Virus record (IMG/VR): IMGVR_UViG_3300035704_000006
Coordinates: 3,456-67,455 of that record
DNA length: 64,000 nt
Origin: a virus
Direction: 5' to 3' (one strand)
The position numbers were made by a program, and so were the translations under genes. Below the pieces are notes generated by a model. That model was not told the DNA's origin. It did no database searches and saw only the letters and a list, made by a program, of their open reading frames with translations. Shown in pieces: positions 18,080 to 27,194 of this stretch (positions are counted from its first letter, which is position 1; each line of letters opens with the position of its first letter).

Positions 18080-20288
18080 CGGCGATTACCCACATGCGGT
18101 CGACGCGGATGGCGGCGCCGAAGCCGCGGACGGCGCGGCCGGTAATCAGGATGCCGTCGCTGCCGGGCACTATTTCCGCGACCTGGCGGGCGAACTTGCG
18201 GTACTGGAACCGGCCGATGCGCAGGTAGACCTCTCCGGCGCCGTCGTCGTAGCACTTGAGGGTGACGCTGCGGGTCAGGTGCGGTGACTTGATCCCGGTC
18301 ATGTCCGGGTTCCCGGCCGCCCTCTCGTCTTCGGCCAGGTCCCTGTACGCCACGTCACGGATCAGCCCGCACCAGGTGACCTTCTTCCTGTCCTCGATCG
18401 CAAGGAGGCTCTGGCTGTCGCAGTCAGGCAGAGGAAGCTTCTGGCTTACGACGATGGCCTTCCGGACGCTGGCAATAAACCGCCCGGCCTTGTGAATCCC
18501 GAAAGGATCGTCGCTGTTCGCGAACTCCTGCATTTTCCGGACGGTTACCTGGCCGACTCCCTTGACCCTCAGCAGGTCACCCCAGCTTTCGAATGGCTGC
18601 CGGTCGTGCTCGTCGCACAGGGCGTGAGACATTACCGAGCCGATGCCGGGAACCTGGATGAACCCGGGAGTGATCACGTCGCCGCGGAGGTGCCAGGTGA
18701 TATGGCCGCAGTCATACCTGGGCTTGCCGATCCGGAACCCGTGCGCCTCGGCGTCCCTGATCAGCAGCGCGACTCGCTCCTTGTCATCAGACGGATGGCA
18801 TTTCTGCAAGCTGGCGGTAAAGAACTCGATCGGGTAATGCTGCTTCAGGTACATGCACCAGAGCGCGAGCTTGGCATAACTGACCGAGTGCGCGGTATTG
18901 AATGCGTAAGCGCTGGCCTTGGACATCGAGTGCCAGATCTTCAGCGCTTCTTCGCGCCGGATCTTGTGAATCTTCTCCGCGCCCTTGGCGAACGGCTCGA
19001 AGAAAGAATTGAACTGAGATTCTCCCAGTTTCTTGGCGACAATCTTCCGGATCTTGTTGGCCTGATCGAAGCTGAGCCCGCCGACCTGCATGGCCACCAG
19101 GATGATCTGCTCCTGGTAGATGATGACGCCTCGGGTGCCTGCTGTGATCTCCTGCATGGGCACGGGCATCTTACGGCGGGATTCCCGGTCATTCGCCACG
19201 TACCTGGGCGCCTCATTCAGGGCACCCGGACGTGACAAAGCTACAATGTCGGCTAGCTCCATGAAAGTACGAGGCTGGACAGCCAGTGAAATTCCCCGGG
19301 TTGCCCGGCCGTCGAACTGGAATATCCCGGTCACGTCATCCGAGCGGAAACCCTCCATTGACTTCTTGTCCGTATCCGGGACCGCATAAAGGTCGGTCAG
19401 CTCGATGCCGGCCAGGTGGCAGGCATGAGCAATCATTCCCATGGTGGTCAGGCCCAGGAAATCAGCCTTCAGCAGGCCCAGGTACTCAGCGTCGTACTTA
19501 TCCAGGCTCAGCACCCGAAGGTTTCTCTTGCGGTCACCCGTGCCGGAGGAGACGCTGTAGAGCGCCGCGCACGCCGTCAGGGGCTGAGTGGAGATAATGA
19601 GCCCGGCCGCGTGGACAGAAGGCGATTTCATCTGGCCTTCGAGGCGGAGAGCGTCAGCCAGGTCAGGGAAACGCTCGAAAGCATCCTGCACCTGGGGGAA
19701 GAGGCCGATGGTGTCTTCCAGCGTATTCCAGCGGCGGTCGTCCCCGTCCCCCCGGTCGACTACCAGGTCAGCAACAGCCTGCGTGATCCCGCGGCCGATC
19801 GAGTGAGCTGATCCGATGGCCTGGAGAGCTGCCCGGCCGCCGAACCGGACATGGTTGGCCACGTTGCCGACGTTTACCTGGCCGTACTTGTTCTCCAGGT
19901 ACACCCTGACCTCGTCGCGCCGTTCATCGTCGAAGTCCAGGTCGATATCGGGAATGTCCGATCGGTTCGGATCGAGAAACCGTTCGAGCATCATGGCCGG
20001 GTATTCAATCGGATCGATCTCAGTGATCCAGAGGACATAGCAGACCAGGGAAGCGGCAGCAGAGCCGCGGGCCGGTCCAACTGCTATTTTCTGGCGCTTG
20101 GCCCAGCGAACTGCATCACTCGTGATCAGGAAGAAATTAGTGAAGCCCTTCTCCCTGATCATTTTCATCTCACGGGCAATGCGCCTGAAATGCTTCTTGC
20201 TGACTGCTCCTCTTTTCTCCATTCCCTGCTGGACCCAGAATTTGAGGAGCCTGTAAGAATCATCTGCCAGGGAATCTATCAGGTCCAT
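18072..20288 (-). CDS. dnaE: DNA polymerase III alpha-like, catalytic part lacking PHP
   Basis: GPARGSAAASLV.Y, ERF, PDIDLDF, HAAG, K.DFLGL, YQEQ, YAFN.AH. Confidence 0.93.
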   Translation of the reverse strand: MDLIDSLADDSYRLLKFWVQQGMEKRGAVSKKHFRRIAREMKMIREKGFTNFFLITSDAVRWAKRQKIAVGPARGSAAASLVCYVLWITEIDPIEYPAMMLERFLDPNRSDIPDIDLDFDDERRDEVRVYLENKYGQVNVGNVANHVRFGGRAALQAIGSAHSIGRGITQAVADLVVDRGDGDDRRWNTLEDTIGLFPQVQDAFERFPDLADALRLEGQMKSPSVHAAGLIISTQPLTACAALYSVSSGTGDRKRNLRVLSLDKYDAEYLGLLKADFLGLTTMGMIAHACHLAGIELTDLYAVPDTDKKSMEGFRSDDVTGIFQFDGRATRGISLAVQPRTFMELADIVALSRPGALNEAPRYVANDRESRRKMPVPMQEITAGTRGVIIYQEQIILVAMQVGGLSFDQANKIRKIVAKKLGESQFNSFFEPFAKGAEKIHKIRREEALKIWHSMSKASAYAFNTAHSVSYAKLALWCMYLKQHYPIEFFTASLQKCHPSDDKERVALLIRDAEAHGFRIGKPRYDCGHITWHLRGDVITPGFIQVPGIGSVMSHALCDEHDRQPFESWGDLLRVKGVGQVTVRKMQEFANSDDPFGIHKAGRFIASVRKAIVVSQKLPLPDCDSQSLLAIEDRKKVTWCGLIRDVAYRDLAEDERAAGNPDMTGIKSPHLTRSVTLKCYDDGAGEVYLRIGRFQYRKFARQVAEIVPGSDGILITGRAVRGFGAAIRVDRMWVIADG

Positions 20289-21214
20289 GGATTCCAGTCC
20301 TCCTCAGTCGCAGGGAATTTCAGGGGAGGAGCTTTCGGCAAGCGCACGTTGCAGCGCTCGGCTAGTTCAAGCGTGTTATCGATTGCCTCCTGTGCAGCAT
20401 CCGGCGACAAGCCTGTCTTGTAGAGAGACATGAACAACTCATCCCTGGTTTCCGGATACGTCAGGCGCACATCGTATTCCCAGGTCTGCTCCTGGCGGTC
20501 AGTAGTTACCCCGCCGCGCCCGGTGGCGTGGAGAAGGACTTGCATGGCGTTGTTATCGGGATACGGGTAATGCACGTCCCGGGTCGCTATGAGCGGGATT
20601 CCAAGTCGCCGAGCCAGAAATTCGTAGCAGGGATTGATTGCGCGGGTCTTGTCCAGATCAGGGAAAGCCTGAACCTCCAGAAAGTACCGATCTCCGAATA
20701 GATCACGGAACTGTCCGGCAGTTTCCTCGGCAGCACGAAGATCAGGCGCGTGATCTTCGCGTCCCTTGCCGCCCACGAGATCGCAAGCGAGCTTACTTCC
20801 AGTGCAGCCGGAGAGCACAGCAATCCCGTCTGAGTGATCCGCGAGCGAGCGCCCGGAAATTGTCGCTTCATAGTAGAAATCCTCTCCCCAGGATTGAGTC
20901 ACCATTTCCATCAGGTTCGAGTAGCCGACCTGATCCATCGCCAGCAAGCCCAGGTGCCAGCGCGGCTTGATCTTGTCCGCAATGAAATCACCGGGCGCCG
21001 TGTATGCTTCGAGCCCGTAAATCGGCTTGATCCCTGCCTTGTCGCACGCCTGCTCCAGCCGGGCGTGCGAGGAGACATTCCCGTGCTCGGTCAGGGCCAG
21101 CGAATTCATGCCAAGCTCAGCGGCTCTCGCCACGTGGGCGTCAGGCATGGCATAGCCGTCAAGGTAAGAGAAAGTGGAATGGGTATGCAGGCTTGCCCAC
21201 CAGCCGTCAGCCAT
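20279..21214 (-). CDS. dnaE: Stand-alone PHP domain of DnaE
   Basis: LHTHS.FS.LDG, TEHG, GLEAY, SGC, DVHY. Confidence 0.92.
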   Translation of the reverse strand: MADGWWASLHTHSTFSYLDGYAMPDAHVARAAELGMNSLALTEHGNVSSHARLEQACDKAGIKPIYGLEAYTAPGDFIADKIKPRWHLGLLAMDQVGYSNLMEMVTQSWGEDFYYEATISGRSLADHSDGIAVLSGCTGSKLACDLVGGKGREDHAPDLRAAEETAGQFRDLFGDRYFLEVQAFPDLDKTRAINPCYEFLARRLGIPLIATRDVHYPYPDNNAMQVLLHATGRGGVTTDRQEQTWEYDVRLTYPETRDELFMSLYKTGLSPDAAQEAIDNTLELAERCNVRLPKAPPLKFPATEEDWNPWT

Positions 21215-21583
21215 TGCTTCTCCCTGAGCTGTCGGGCATCGTTCCCCTTGACCCGTCAGGCCGCAGGAAAGCGGTCTTTCCGCATACGACCGCTGAAATG
21301 AACTTGCACTTGAGGCAGCGGATCCACGGGCATGTCCGCTTATCCGGGCAATGCCTGCGGACAGTCCTCGACTGGCAGCCGAAGCAATGGTCGGGGATCT
21401 TCATCAGTGGCGCGCGAATCTGACCGGGCACGGTGACTGAGGAGGGGTCTTCTCTGCTTCGTAGCTGGCGTCGCACTTGGCTTTGTCACAGGAGATTGTC
21501 CCTTGTATTTCCTTGCCCCACTGGTGGCGCCGGGAGCCTTTGCGATTGCGTCTTTTGCCGGGACGAGTATTGCGGGGCACGTT

Positions 21584-22183
21584 CTAAAATCCTTTCAGCA
21601 ATTCAGCGAATGACTTGATGATGCGAGGGAAATCGGCTCGGGCTTCGGCGTCCCTCAATGCGGCGGAAGGATGCCAGCAGATCATCACGCGGGGAGCGTC
21701 AGGGTGTTCCTCGTCGGTGATTACCTCTCCTGCTTTCCGCGCGATCGGGACTGCCTGGCCGAATATCGCCTTGGCCGCCGTCTTCCCGTACGCCAGGACG
21801 GCGATCGGCTTCCCGGAATCCCTGGTGACAAGGCCAAGCTCGGTCATCAGGTAATTCCGGGAGCACATGATCTCATCGTGATCAGGCGTCCGGTTCTTTC
21901 TCGGCCGGTATTTCACCGCGTTAGTAATCCAAAGAGTCCAGGGATCGATTCCCGCCTCATTCAGGTGACGCCGGAGGAACTGACCGGAAATGCCGACGAA
22001 AGGACTGCCCAGGGCGTCCTCCTGTGCTCCGGGCGCCTCTCCGACTATGACTCCCCGAGGGGGAACATTGCCTGTGCCGTGAACCAGGGAGGGCTTCCGC
22101 ATCCCGTATTCCTTGATGAGATCCTGGAGCGCTGGCTCATTGCCGTAGTTCTCGTAGATCTTCTCAAGCGCTTTCGTGAACAT
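21584..22183 (-). CDS. Uracil-DNA glycosylase family 4-like
   Basis: VGEAPG..ED..G.PFVG.SG, TNAVK.RP..NRTP, HPSA. Confidence 0.88.
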   Translation of the reverse strand: MFTKALEKIYENYGNEPALQDLIKEYGMRKPSLVHGTGNVPPRGVIVGEAPGAQEDALGSPFVGISGQFLRRHLNEAGIDPWTLWITNAVKYRPRKNRTPDHDEIMCSRNYLMTELGLVTRDSGKPIAVLAYGKTAAKAIFGQAVPIARKAGEVITDEEHPDAPRVMICWHPSAALRDAEARADFPRIIKSFAELLKGF

Positions 22184-23276
22184 GCCCGAGCCCCTCCTCT
22201 TTCTCGTGCAGCCTCCGGTGATAAGCGCGGTACACGATCTCGACGGCCTTCGAGATCGTTCCGGGAAGCCGGGTCTGCCCGGCCAGGTGCTCGTGATGAC
22301 GCCTGGTGAAATGCCTGGCGAAAGCCCTGGAGTCCATCTCTTCGGCAGAGATTACCGTGACTATTTCTTCGTCTTCATTTCCTTTTCCGTCCACGATTCC
22401 TCCGGGGAAGCAGATAGCGGTGAGAAGAAGCCGGATCCCGAACGCCATCTGATCCGGGAAAACGCCGTTGCCGATGAGCTTCAGGTGATCAGTCCGGGTA
22501 AGCCCGGGGACATCGGTTACCCATCCGGCGGGCAGCCCCATCATCCATTCCGGAAAGCGAGCGGCCAGCCTGGGCTTTCCTCCCCTGCCTGGCTCAACAG
22601 GAGCCGGGTAATCACCGAATATGGCCGCCCACCGGTCGACAGCAGCCTGGTATTTTCCCCAGCCTTTCCCCTCGATCGTCATTACTCCCGGAAGAATGCC
22701 CGGCATCAGCGGCGTGACGGAGAGATGCTCGACCTGGTCGGCAAGCGTCGGCCCGTGACCGCCCGCGCGGCGCTTGTCCGGTGGCTGGCTGCCTCCGTTG
22801 ATGGCGAGCTGAGCAGTCGGGGTAACCAGGAGATCCTGACGCTTCTCGGTCAGCCTGGCGCCGGGGAGGAGGCCCAGGACGGCTCCGGTGAGCATGGTGT
22901 CGCCGCGGGTGCGGTGCTGGTTCGGTGATCCGTGGCGGGCCTCGCCCGCCACGATGGTAGGCAGGAGATCGGTGATGACCTCGGGCAGGGGCTTATCGGA
23001 ACCGGTGCGGATCCGGCCGTCCGATCTCGGACGGCCGATGGGCTTAGTCGGCCCTTTCCAGTCCCGCCGGGTCGGGGTCGGAAGGCCATGCGAGGATGAC
23101 GACGCGCTCCCTTTTGTGCGGGGCACCCCGGTCGGAAGCTCGTACGCAATCCCACTGCGCGTCATACCCGATGCCGGCCAGGTCCCCGAGTACAGCACCG
23201 AGTGCCCGCACGGTCCTGTCCGGGTCGTTTCCCATGCAGCCTCGGCAGTACTCCAGGCCGCTATCCGCTTTAGCAC
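22164..23276 (-). CDS. C5-cytosine methyltransferase C-terminal polypeptide (motifs IX-X) with in-frame extension
   Basis: TWP.SGMTR.G.AYELPT, LPTP repeats, EWMMGLP.GWVT, LIGNGV. Confidence 0.75.
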   Translation of the reverse strand: MLKRIAAWSTAEAAWETTRTGPCGHSVLYSGTWPASGMTRSGIAYELPTGVPRTKGSASSSSHGLPTPTRRDWKGPTKPIGRPRSDGRIRTGSDKPLPEVITDLLPTIVAGEARHGSPNQHRTRGDTMLTGAVLGLLPGARLTEKRQDLLVTPTAQLAINGGSQPPDKRRAGGHGPTLADQVEHLSVTPLMPGILPGVMTIEGKGWGKYQAAVDRWAAIFGDYPAPVEPGRGGKPRLAARFPEWMMGLPAGWVTDVPGLTRTDHLKLIGNGVFPDQMAFGIRLLLTAICFPGGIVDGKGNEDEEIVTVISAEEMDSRAFARHFTRRHHEHLAGQTRLPGTISKAVEIVYRAYHRRLHEKEEGLGHVHESA

Positions 23277-23625
23277 TGGTCAGCCCTCTGACATTCTCGA
23301 TGACAACTAGGTCGGGACGCAGAACCTTGATGGCCCGGAAGAAGTATCTCCAGACACTGGATTTCTTTCCGGACAGCCCGGTCCTGTCCCCGGCGCAGGA
23401 AACGTTCTGGCAGGAGAACCCGCCGCACAGGATGTCCGGGCGCTCGATGTTTTTCCACCGGACCTGAGAGATATCCCCGAGATTAGGGATGCCGGGGAAA
23501 TGGTGCTCAAGCAGCACGGACGCAGCGGGATCATTGTCCGCGATCCAGATAAGGTCGCCGCCGAAAACCTCCTGGACAGCCATGTCCAGGGCGCCTGTGC
23601 CGGTGCACACGGAGGCAATCGTCAT
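23044..23625 (-). CDS. C5-cytosine methyltransferase N-terminal polypeptide (motifs I-VIII)
   Basis: CTGTGALD, GDI, GGFSCQ, ENV, GAPHKRER. Confidence 0.88.
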   Translation of the reverse strand: MTIASVCTGTGALDMAVQEVFGGDLIWIADNDPAASVLLEHHFPGIPNLGDISQVRWKNIERPDILCGGFSCQNVSCAGDRTGLSGKKSSVWRYFFRAIKVLRPDLVVIENVRGLTSAKADSGLEYCRGCMGNDPDRTVRALGAVLGDLAGIGYDAQWDCVRASDRGAPHKRERVVILAWPSDPDPAGLERAD

Positions 23626-23865
23626 CAGGTCTCTATCCTTTGCCGGGATAAGTGAAAAGGCGGCTCCCTCCCCGCGAGATGGCGGGTTAGCGGGGAGGGA
23701 GCCAGGTGCGGCCGGCGCGGTCCGTCAAAGCGTCGCCTCCGGCCGCCGTGCGGCCAGGGATACGGGCCGGGGAGAGGTTGCAGCGGTGGCATCCGGGCAC
23801 GGGGATGCCCGGCTTGCTGCTGCTCTCTTTCAGGCGCCCCTGCCCGTATCCCCGGGGCTCAGGAG

Positions 23866-24402
23866 TCAGAAATCCTTGTCGTCCGAGTCGTCATCGTCGT
23901 CAGGCTCGTCAGCCTCATCGGCGGGCAGCCACTTGGAAACCTCGTTGCGGATTTCGCCTTCGTACTTGCTGCGGCTGGCCAGGACGCGGCACGCGGCATC
24001 CTCGCCAGGCTTGAACTTGGCGATCTTGTTGACCGGGTTGCCGTTGTTCTCCTCCTCATCCCCGATGTCGATCTTCTTCTGGATGTCCTTGAGGGTGATC
24101 CCGAAGGCGGCCAGGTAGGGATCCCAGTGGAATCTGGCCTTGGGAGTGAACGTGACCCGGTCGAATAGCGGCATGCCGTTGAACTTGGCCTTGTCCCCGG
24201 CGTTGCCTTCCGCGATGAAGAGGTTCACCAGCATGAGGTTGCCGGCGGTGGAGCGGGAAGTCCAGACCTTCTTCAGGTGGCCGGCGAGGATGGTGTTCTT
24301 GGGAGCGACCGGCCCGTCGTACTTGACGTAATCTTCGCTGACCTCAGCCTCGTCGAGTTCATCCATGTTGAAAACATCGTCGTCTAGCTGGAGCTTTGCC
24401 AT
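23866..24402 (-). CDS. SSB-like protein (DUF669-like) with acidic tail
   Basis: Follows AAA gene; acidic C-terminus ending KDF. Confidence 0.6.
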   Translation of the reverse strand: MAKLQLDDDVFNMDELDEAEVSEDYVKYDGPVAPKNTILAGHLKKVWTSRSTAGNLMLVNLFIAEGNAGDKAKFNGMPLFDRVTFTPKARFHWDPYLAAFGITLKDIQKKIDIGDEEENNGNPVNKIAKFKPGEDAACRVLASRSKYEGEIRNEVSKWLPADEADEPDDDDDSDDKDF

Positions 24403-24444
24403 GTGACCTTTCCTGTTCTTTTCCTTTGCCGGGATTATCTGATG

Positions 24445-25281
24445 CTACTTCTGCGGGGCGCGCTTCTCCTCGATCGCCTTGATGATGCGCTCCATTACCC
24501 TGTAATCGCCGTCTTTTACGTTGATGTAGCGGGGGAGAGCCTGGAACCTGTCCTTAGCCCAGATCGGAGGGACAATTTCCGTCGTGAGCCTGCGCCTTGT
24601 CGGCGTGTCCTTGTTCTCCTGGGGAATGGCGGCCAGGTGCAGGCAGACATCGAACTGGGCCATCACGTAGGCGGCTACCTCATGGGCTTTTCCCCGGCCG
24701 CCGAGCAAAGCAGGCCAGGTCCAGTCTTCTCCTTCCGCGTCCTCGTGCTCCATGGTCTGCGCGACCATGATGGTATTGTAAGGAGCCTCGATCATGCGAT
24801 CGATGAACCTCTTGAATTTGTTCTGCCATTCCTGGTGATCCTGGATAGCAGGGATATCCAGGCTGCGGGACTCATTCTCGTCATGGGCGAGCCCGAGAAT
24901 GTCCCTGAGCATCAGGATCTGCATTTTGCTGATCGAGTCGGGAATCAGCCAGTCGCCTTTGCCGAGATCCCTGTCTGCTGTTTCCAGGCCTGAAAGGACG
25001 TGCGCCCAGGTCGGCGTGCGCATGATGCCGGCGTTGCTGCCGACTACCTTGGCTGAGACAGCTCCGGCCTCAGTGGAAAGGAACGTGGCCCTGGGCGCGG
25101 ACGCGGCGGTAACCGTCTTCCCGGTGCCGCTGTCGCCGATCAGCAGGATGTTAACTGACTCATCGAAATCAGCCAGATCCTCAATCCTGACGACGGGCAG
25201 CACCCTGTCTGTCCCGCGAGCCCGCGGCGCATCATCATCGGCTTTCCGGGACTTGCGCCCCGCGGCTAGCGTTGCGGCCAT
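24445..25281 (-). CDS. AAA_24/Sak4-like ATPase
   Basis: GDSGTGKT, DSIS, AKDRF. Confidence 0.8.
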   Translation of the reverse strand: MAATLAAGRKSRKADDDAPRARGTDRVLPVVRIEDLADFDESVNILLIGDSGTGKTVTAASAPRATFLSTEAGAVSAKVVGSNAGIMRTPTWAHVLSGLETADRDLGKGDWLIPDSISKMQILMLRDILGLAHDENESRSLDIPAIQDHQEWQNKFKRFIDRMIEAPYNTIMVAQTMEHEDAEGEDWTWPALLGGRGKAHEVAAYVMAQFDVCLHLAAIPQENKDTPTRRRLTTEIVPPIWAKDRFQALPRYINVKDGDYRVMERIIKAIEEKRAPQK

Positions 25282-25412
25282 TCATTCCTTTCTGCTGGCT
25301 AGCCAGCCACTTGCTGACGCTGATATCCGTCAGAGATGAGACGAGGGTTTTGGTCAGCGAGCCAGCCAGGAACCACCACAGCGGATCAAGACCTTTCAGC
25401 AAGATGGTTCTC

Positions 25413-26423
25413 CTAGTCAGCCGAAGCGGTTTTCTTGTCCTGGTAAGCATACGGGTCACGTCTGACAAACATCGCGTCAGCGAACTCGGTCCAGGCACCA
25501 TCGGGAGAGGGGTCGTCGTCGTTGAGCTTGCACAGGTCGAAGAAATCGCAGTAGGTGCATTCACGCGTGCGGTTTTTCCAGAGGGGAAGTTCGCCGTTGC
25601 GCTGCGCGAGCATTATTTCTGCTTCGTTCTGGATATTGGAGAGAATCGACCGGCGCTCTCCGCGTGATCTCTCGACAGGTTCGCGCACGAAGAAAGGCGC
25701 AGGCTGCCGCTTGCTTACGGTTCCGTTCTGGTTCAGGTACGCGCCGCCGGGCGATCTCGGCCGGGTGTCCGGCATCCCTTTGCGCAGGAAGTTGTAGAGG
25801 ATGCCGGAGATCTTGTCTTTCTTCCCCAGGATTCCCATCTGCCTGAGAAGGTACTCCGCAAAGAGCGAATATGATCCGGCCTGCTCATCGTGAGGAAGAT
25901 GTGCAGTTACGATCCGGGCAGCGCTCTTGTGCTCCAGGAGAAGAAGTTCTCCTTCCCAGTAGAGCACTCCGTCGAAGACGAAACTGTAAAGAGCCAGCGG
26001 CTCGCTCGCATCGGAATCTGCCTGCGAGACAAGTACTTCGCCGAATTGCTCAGTTGCGACGATATCCAGCTTCTCGTCCCGGCCGTAGGTCTTGTAGTAG
26101 GAGAGCAGCATGGCTTCTCCCAGTTCCCCGGCGCCGACGAAGATGTCATCGTCGAAGTCGTCGGTGACTGAGGAGCGGATCCATGAGTCTCTTTCGTCTC
26201 CGATCCACCTGGCGAACGCCACGTCGGGCCTCAGCCCGCGTCTCTTGCCCTCGCCGTACCACTGCGCCAGGACTTCATGCACTCCGGTCCCGAACCACCG
26301 TGCCCCTCTGTCGGGCGTCCGCGGCGTCCAGCCTTCCCGGTAGTTCCACCACCACTGCTGCGGGCACCGCGCCCAGGAGATGCGCTCGCTGGTCGTCAGC
26401 CGGGGGATCAGGGGCTCGCTCAA
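25413..26423 (-). CDS. Cas4/AddB-like PD-(D/E)XK exonuclease
   Basis: S.....CP, GTGVH, D..EHKS, Q...Y, CTYCDFFDLC; TTG start after GAAGGA. Confidence 0.82.
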   Translation of the reverse strand: MSEPLIPRLTTSERISWARCPQQWWWNYREGWTPRTPDRGARWFGTGVHEVLAQWYGEGKRRGLRPDVAFARWIGDERDSWIRSSVTDDFDDDIFVGAGELGEAMLLSYYKTYGRDEKLDIVATEQFGEVLVSQADSDASEPLALYSFVFDGVLYWEGELLLLEHKSAARIVTAHLPHDEQAGSYSLFAEYLLRQMGILGKKDKISGILYNFLRKGMPDTRPRSPGGAYLNQNGTVSKRQPAPFFVREPVERSRGERRSILSNIQNEAEIMLAQRNGELPLWKNRTRECTYCDFFDLCKLNDDDPSPDGAWTEFADAMFVRRDPYAYQDKKTASAD

Positions 26424-26502
26424 ATCAGGGTCCTTCAGGAATGGGAGGGCTAGCCGGGCAGTACTCCGATGGTTACTGCCCGGCTGGCGTCGTAGCGGCG
26501 GC

Positions 26503-27147
26503 TTAGTAGGGAGCTGGCTTGCCAGTGCGGCGAGGCTTGGCCGCAGATGCAGCCGGCTTCGCAGCCGGAGCAGGAGAGCCCTTGGCCTTCTTAACCGGAG
26601 GAGCCGCCTGCTCCTCTTCCTCATCTTCGTCGTCGTCCTCGTCGGGCTCATCGAGCACGGCGGCCGACTTGCCGCTGGGAACCTCGGTCTCGTCGTCGTC
26701 CTCGTCGTCGTCGGGCTCATCGTCCGGATCGGGATCGGGATCAGCATCCCGCTCCGGCGCGGAAGCCGGCTGGCGCCTGGTGCGCGGGGCCGGAGCGGGA
26801 GCGGAGGCAGTGGTGCTGTCGGCCTCGTCTTCGCCGGCGTCGGTATCGGCGTCAGTCTCTCCGGATCCCTTCTGCTCCCTAGCCTCCGATCGCGCCCACT
26901 TGGCCTCTTCCTTGGCCTTGGCATCCCTGATCGCGATGTTGATGGCCCTGCGCCTGGCGGAGGCCCGCCTGCGCTCGGGAAGTTCGGAGAACGACTTGCG
27001 CAGAAGGCAAGCGAGGGAGACAGCAGCAATGTCAACCTTCGCCCCCGTCTCCTGCTCGATGAAGGCGTGAAGGTCAACAGCGAACTTCGTGGGTGGCTTC
27101 TTCACCAGATGCACACGAGGAGCATCCGGGTTAATTACGCGGGCCAT
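26503..27147 (-). CDS. Protein with basic N-terminus, long acidic tract and K/A/P-rich tail
   Basis: Composition; motif plus GGAGG RBS. Confidence 0.7.
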   Translation of the reverse strand: MARVINPDAPRVHLVKKPPTKFAVDLHAFIEQETGAKVDIAAVSLACLLRKSFSELPERRRASARRRAINIAIRDAKAKEEAKWARSEAREQKGSGETDADTDAGEDEADSTTASAPAPAPRTRRQPASAPERDADPDPDPDDEPDDDEDDDETEVPSGKSAAVLDEPDEDDDEDEEEEQAAPPVKKAKGSPAPAAKPAASAAKPRRTGKPAPY

Positions 27148-27194
27148 GGCCCTCCTTTGCCGGGATTATTTCAGGGGTAGCTGATCGTAGCATC

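Noticed and set aside
20279-20288. Split intein or programmed frameshift in DnaE
   Set aside because: No intein terminal motifs or slippery heptamer; strong independent SD
25413-26423. CRISPR-Cas system suggested by the Cas4-like nuclease
   Set aside because: No repeat-spacer array or other cas genes seen; typical phage recombination exonuclease context
25413-27077. 554-aa version of the nuclease ORF
   Set aside because: The N-terminal extension is an alternative frame of gene 26503-27147; an RBS supports TTG 26423
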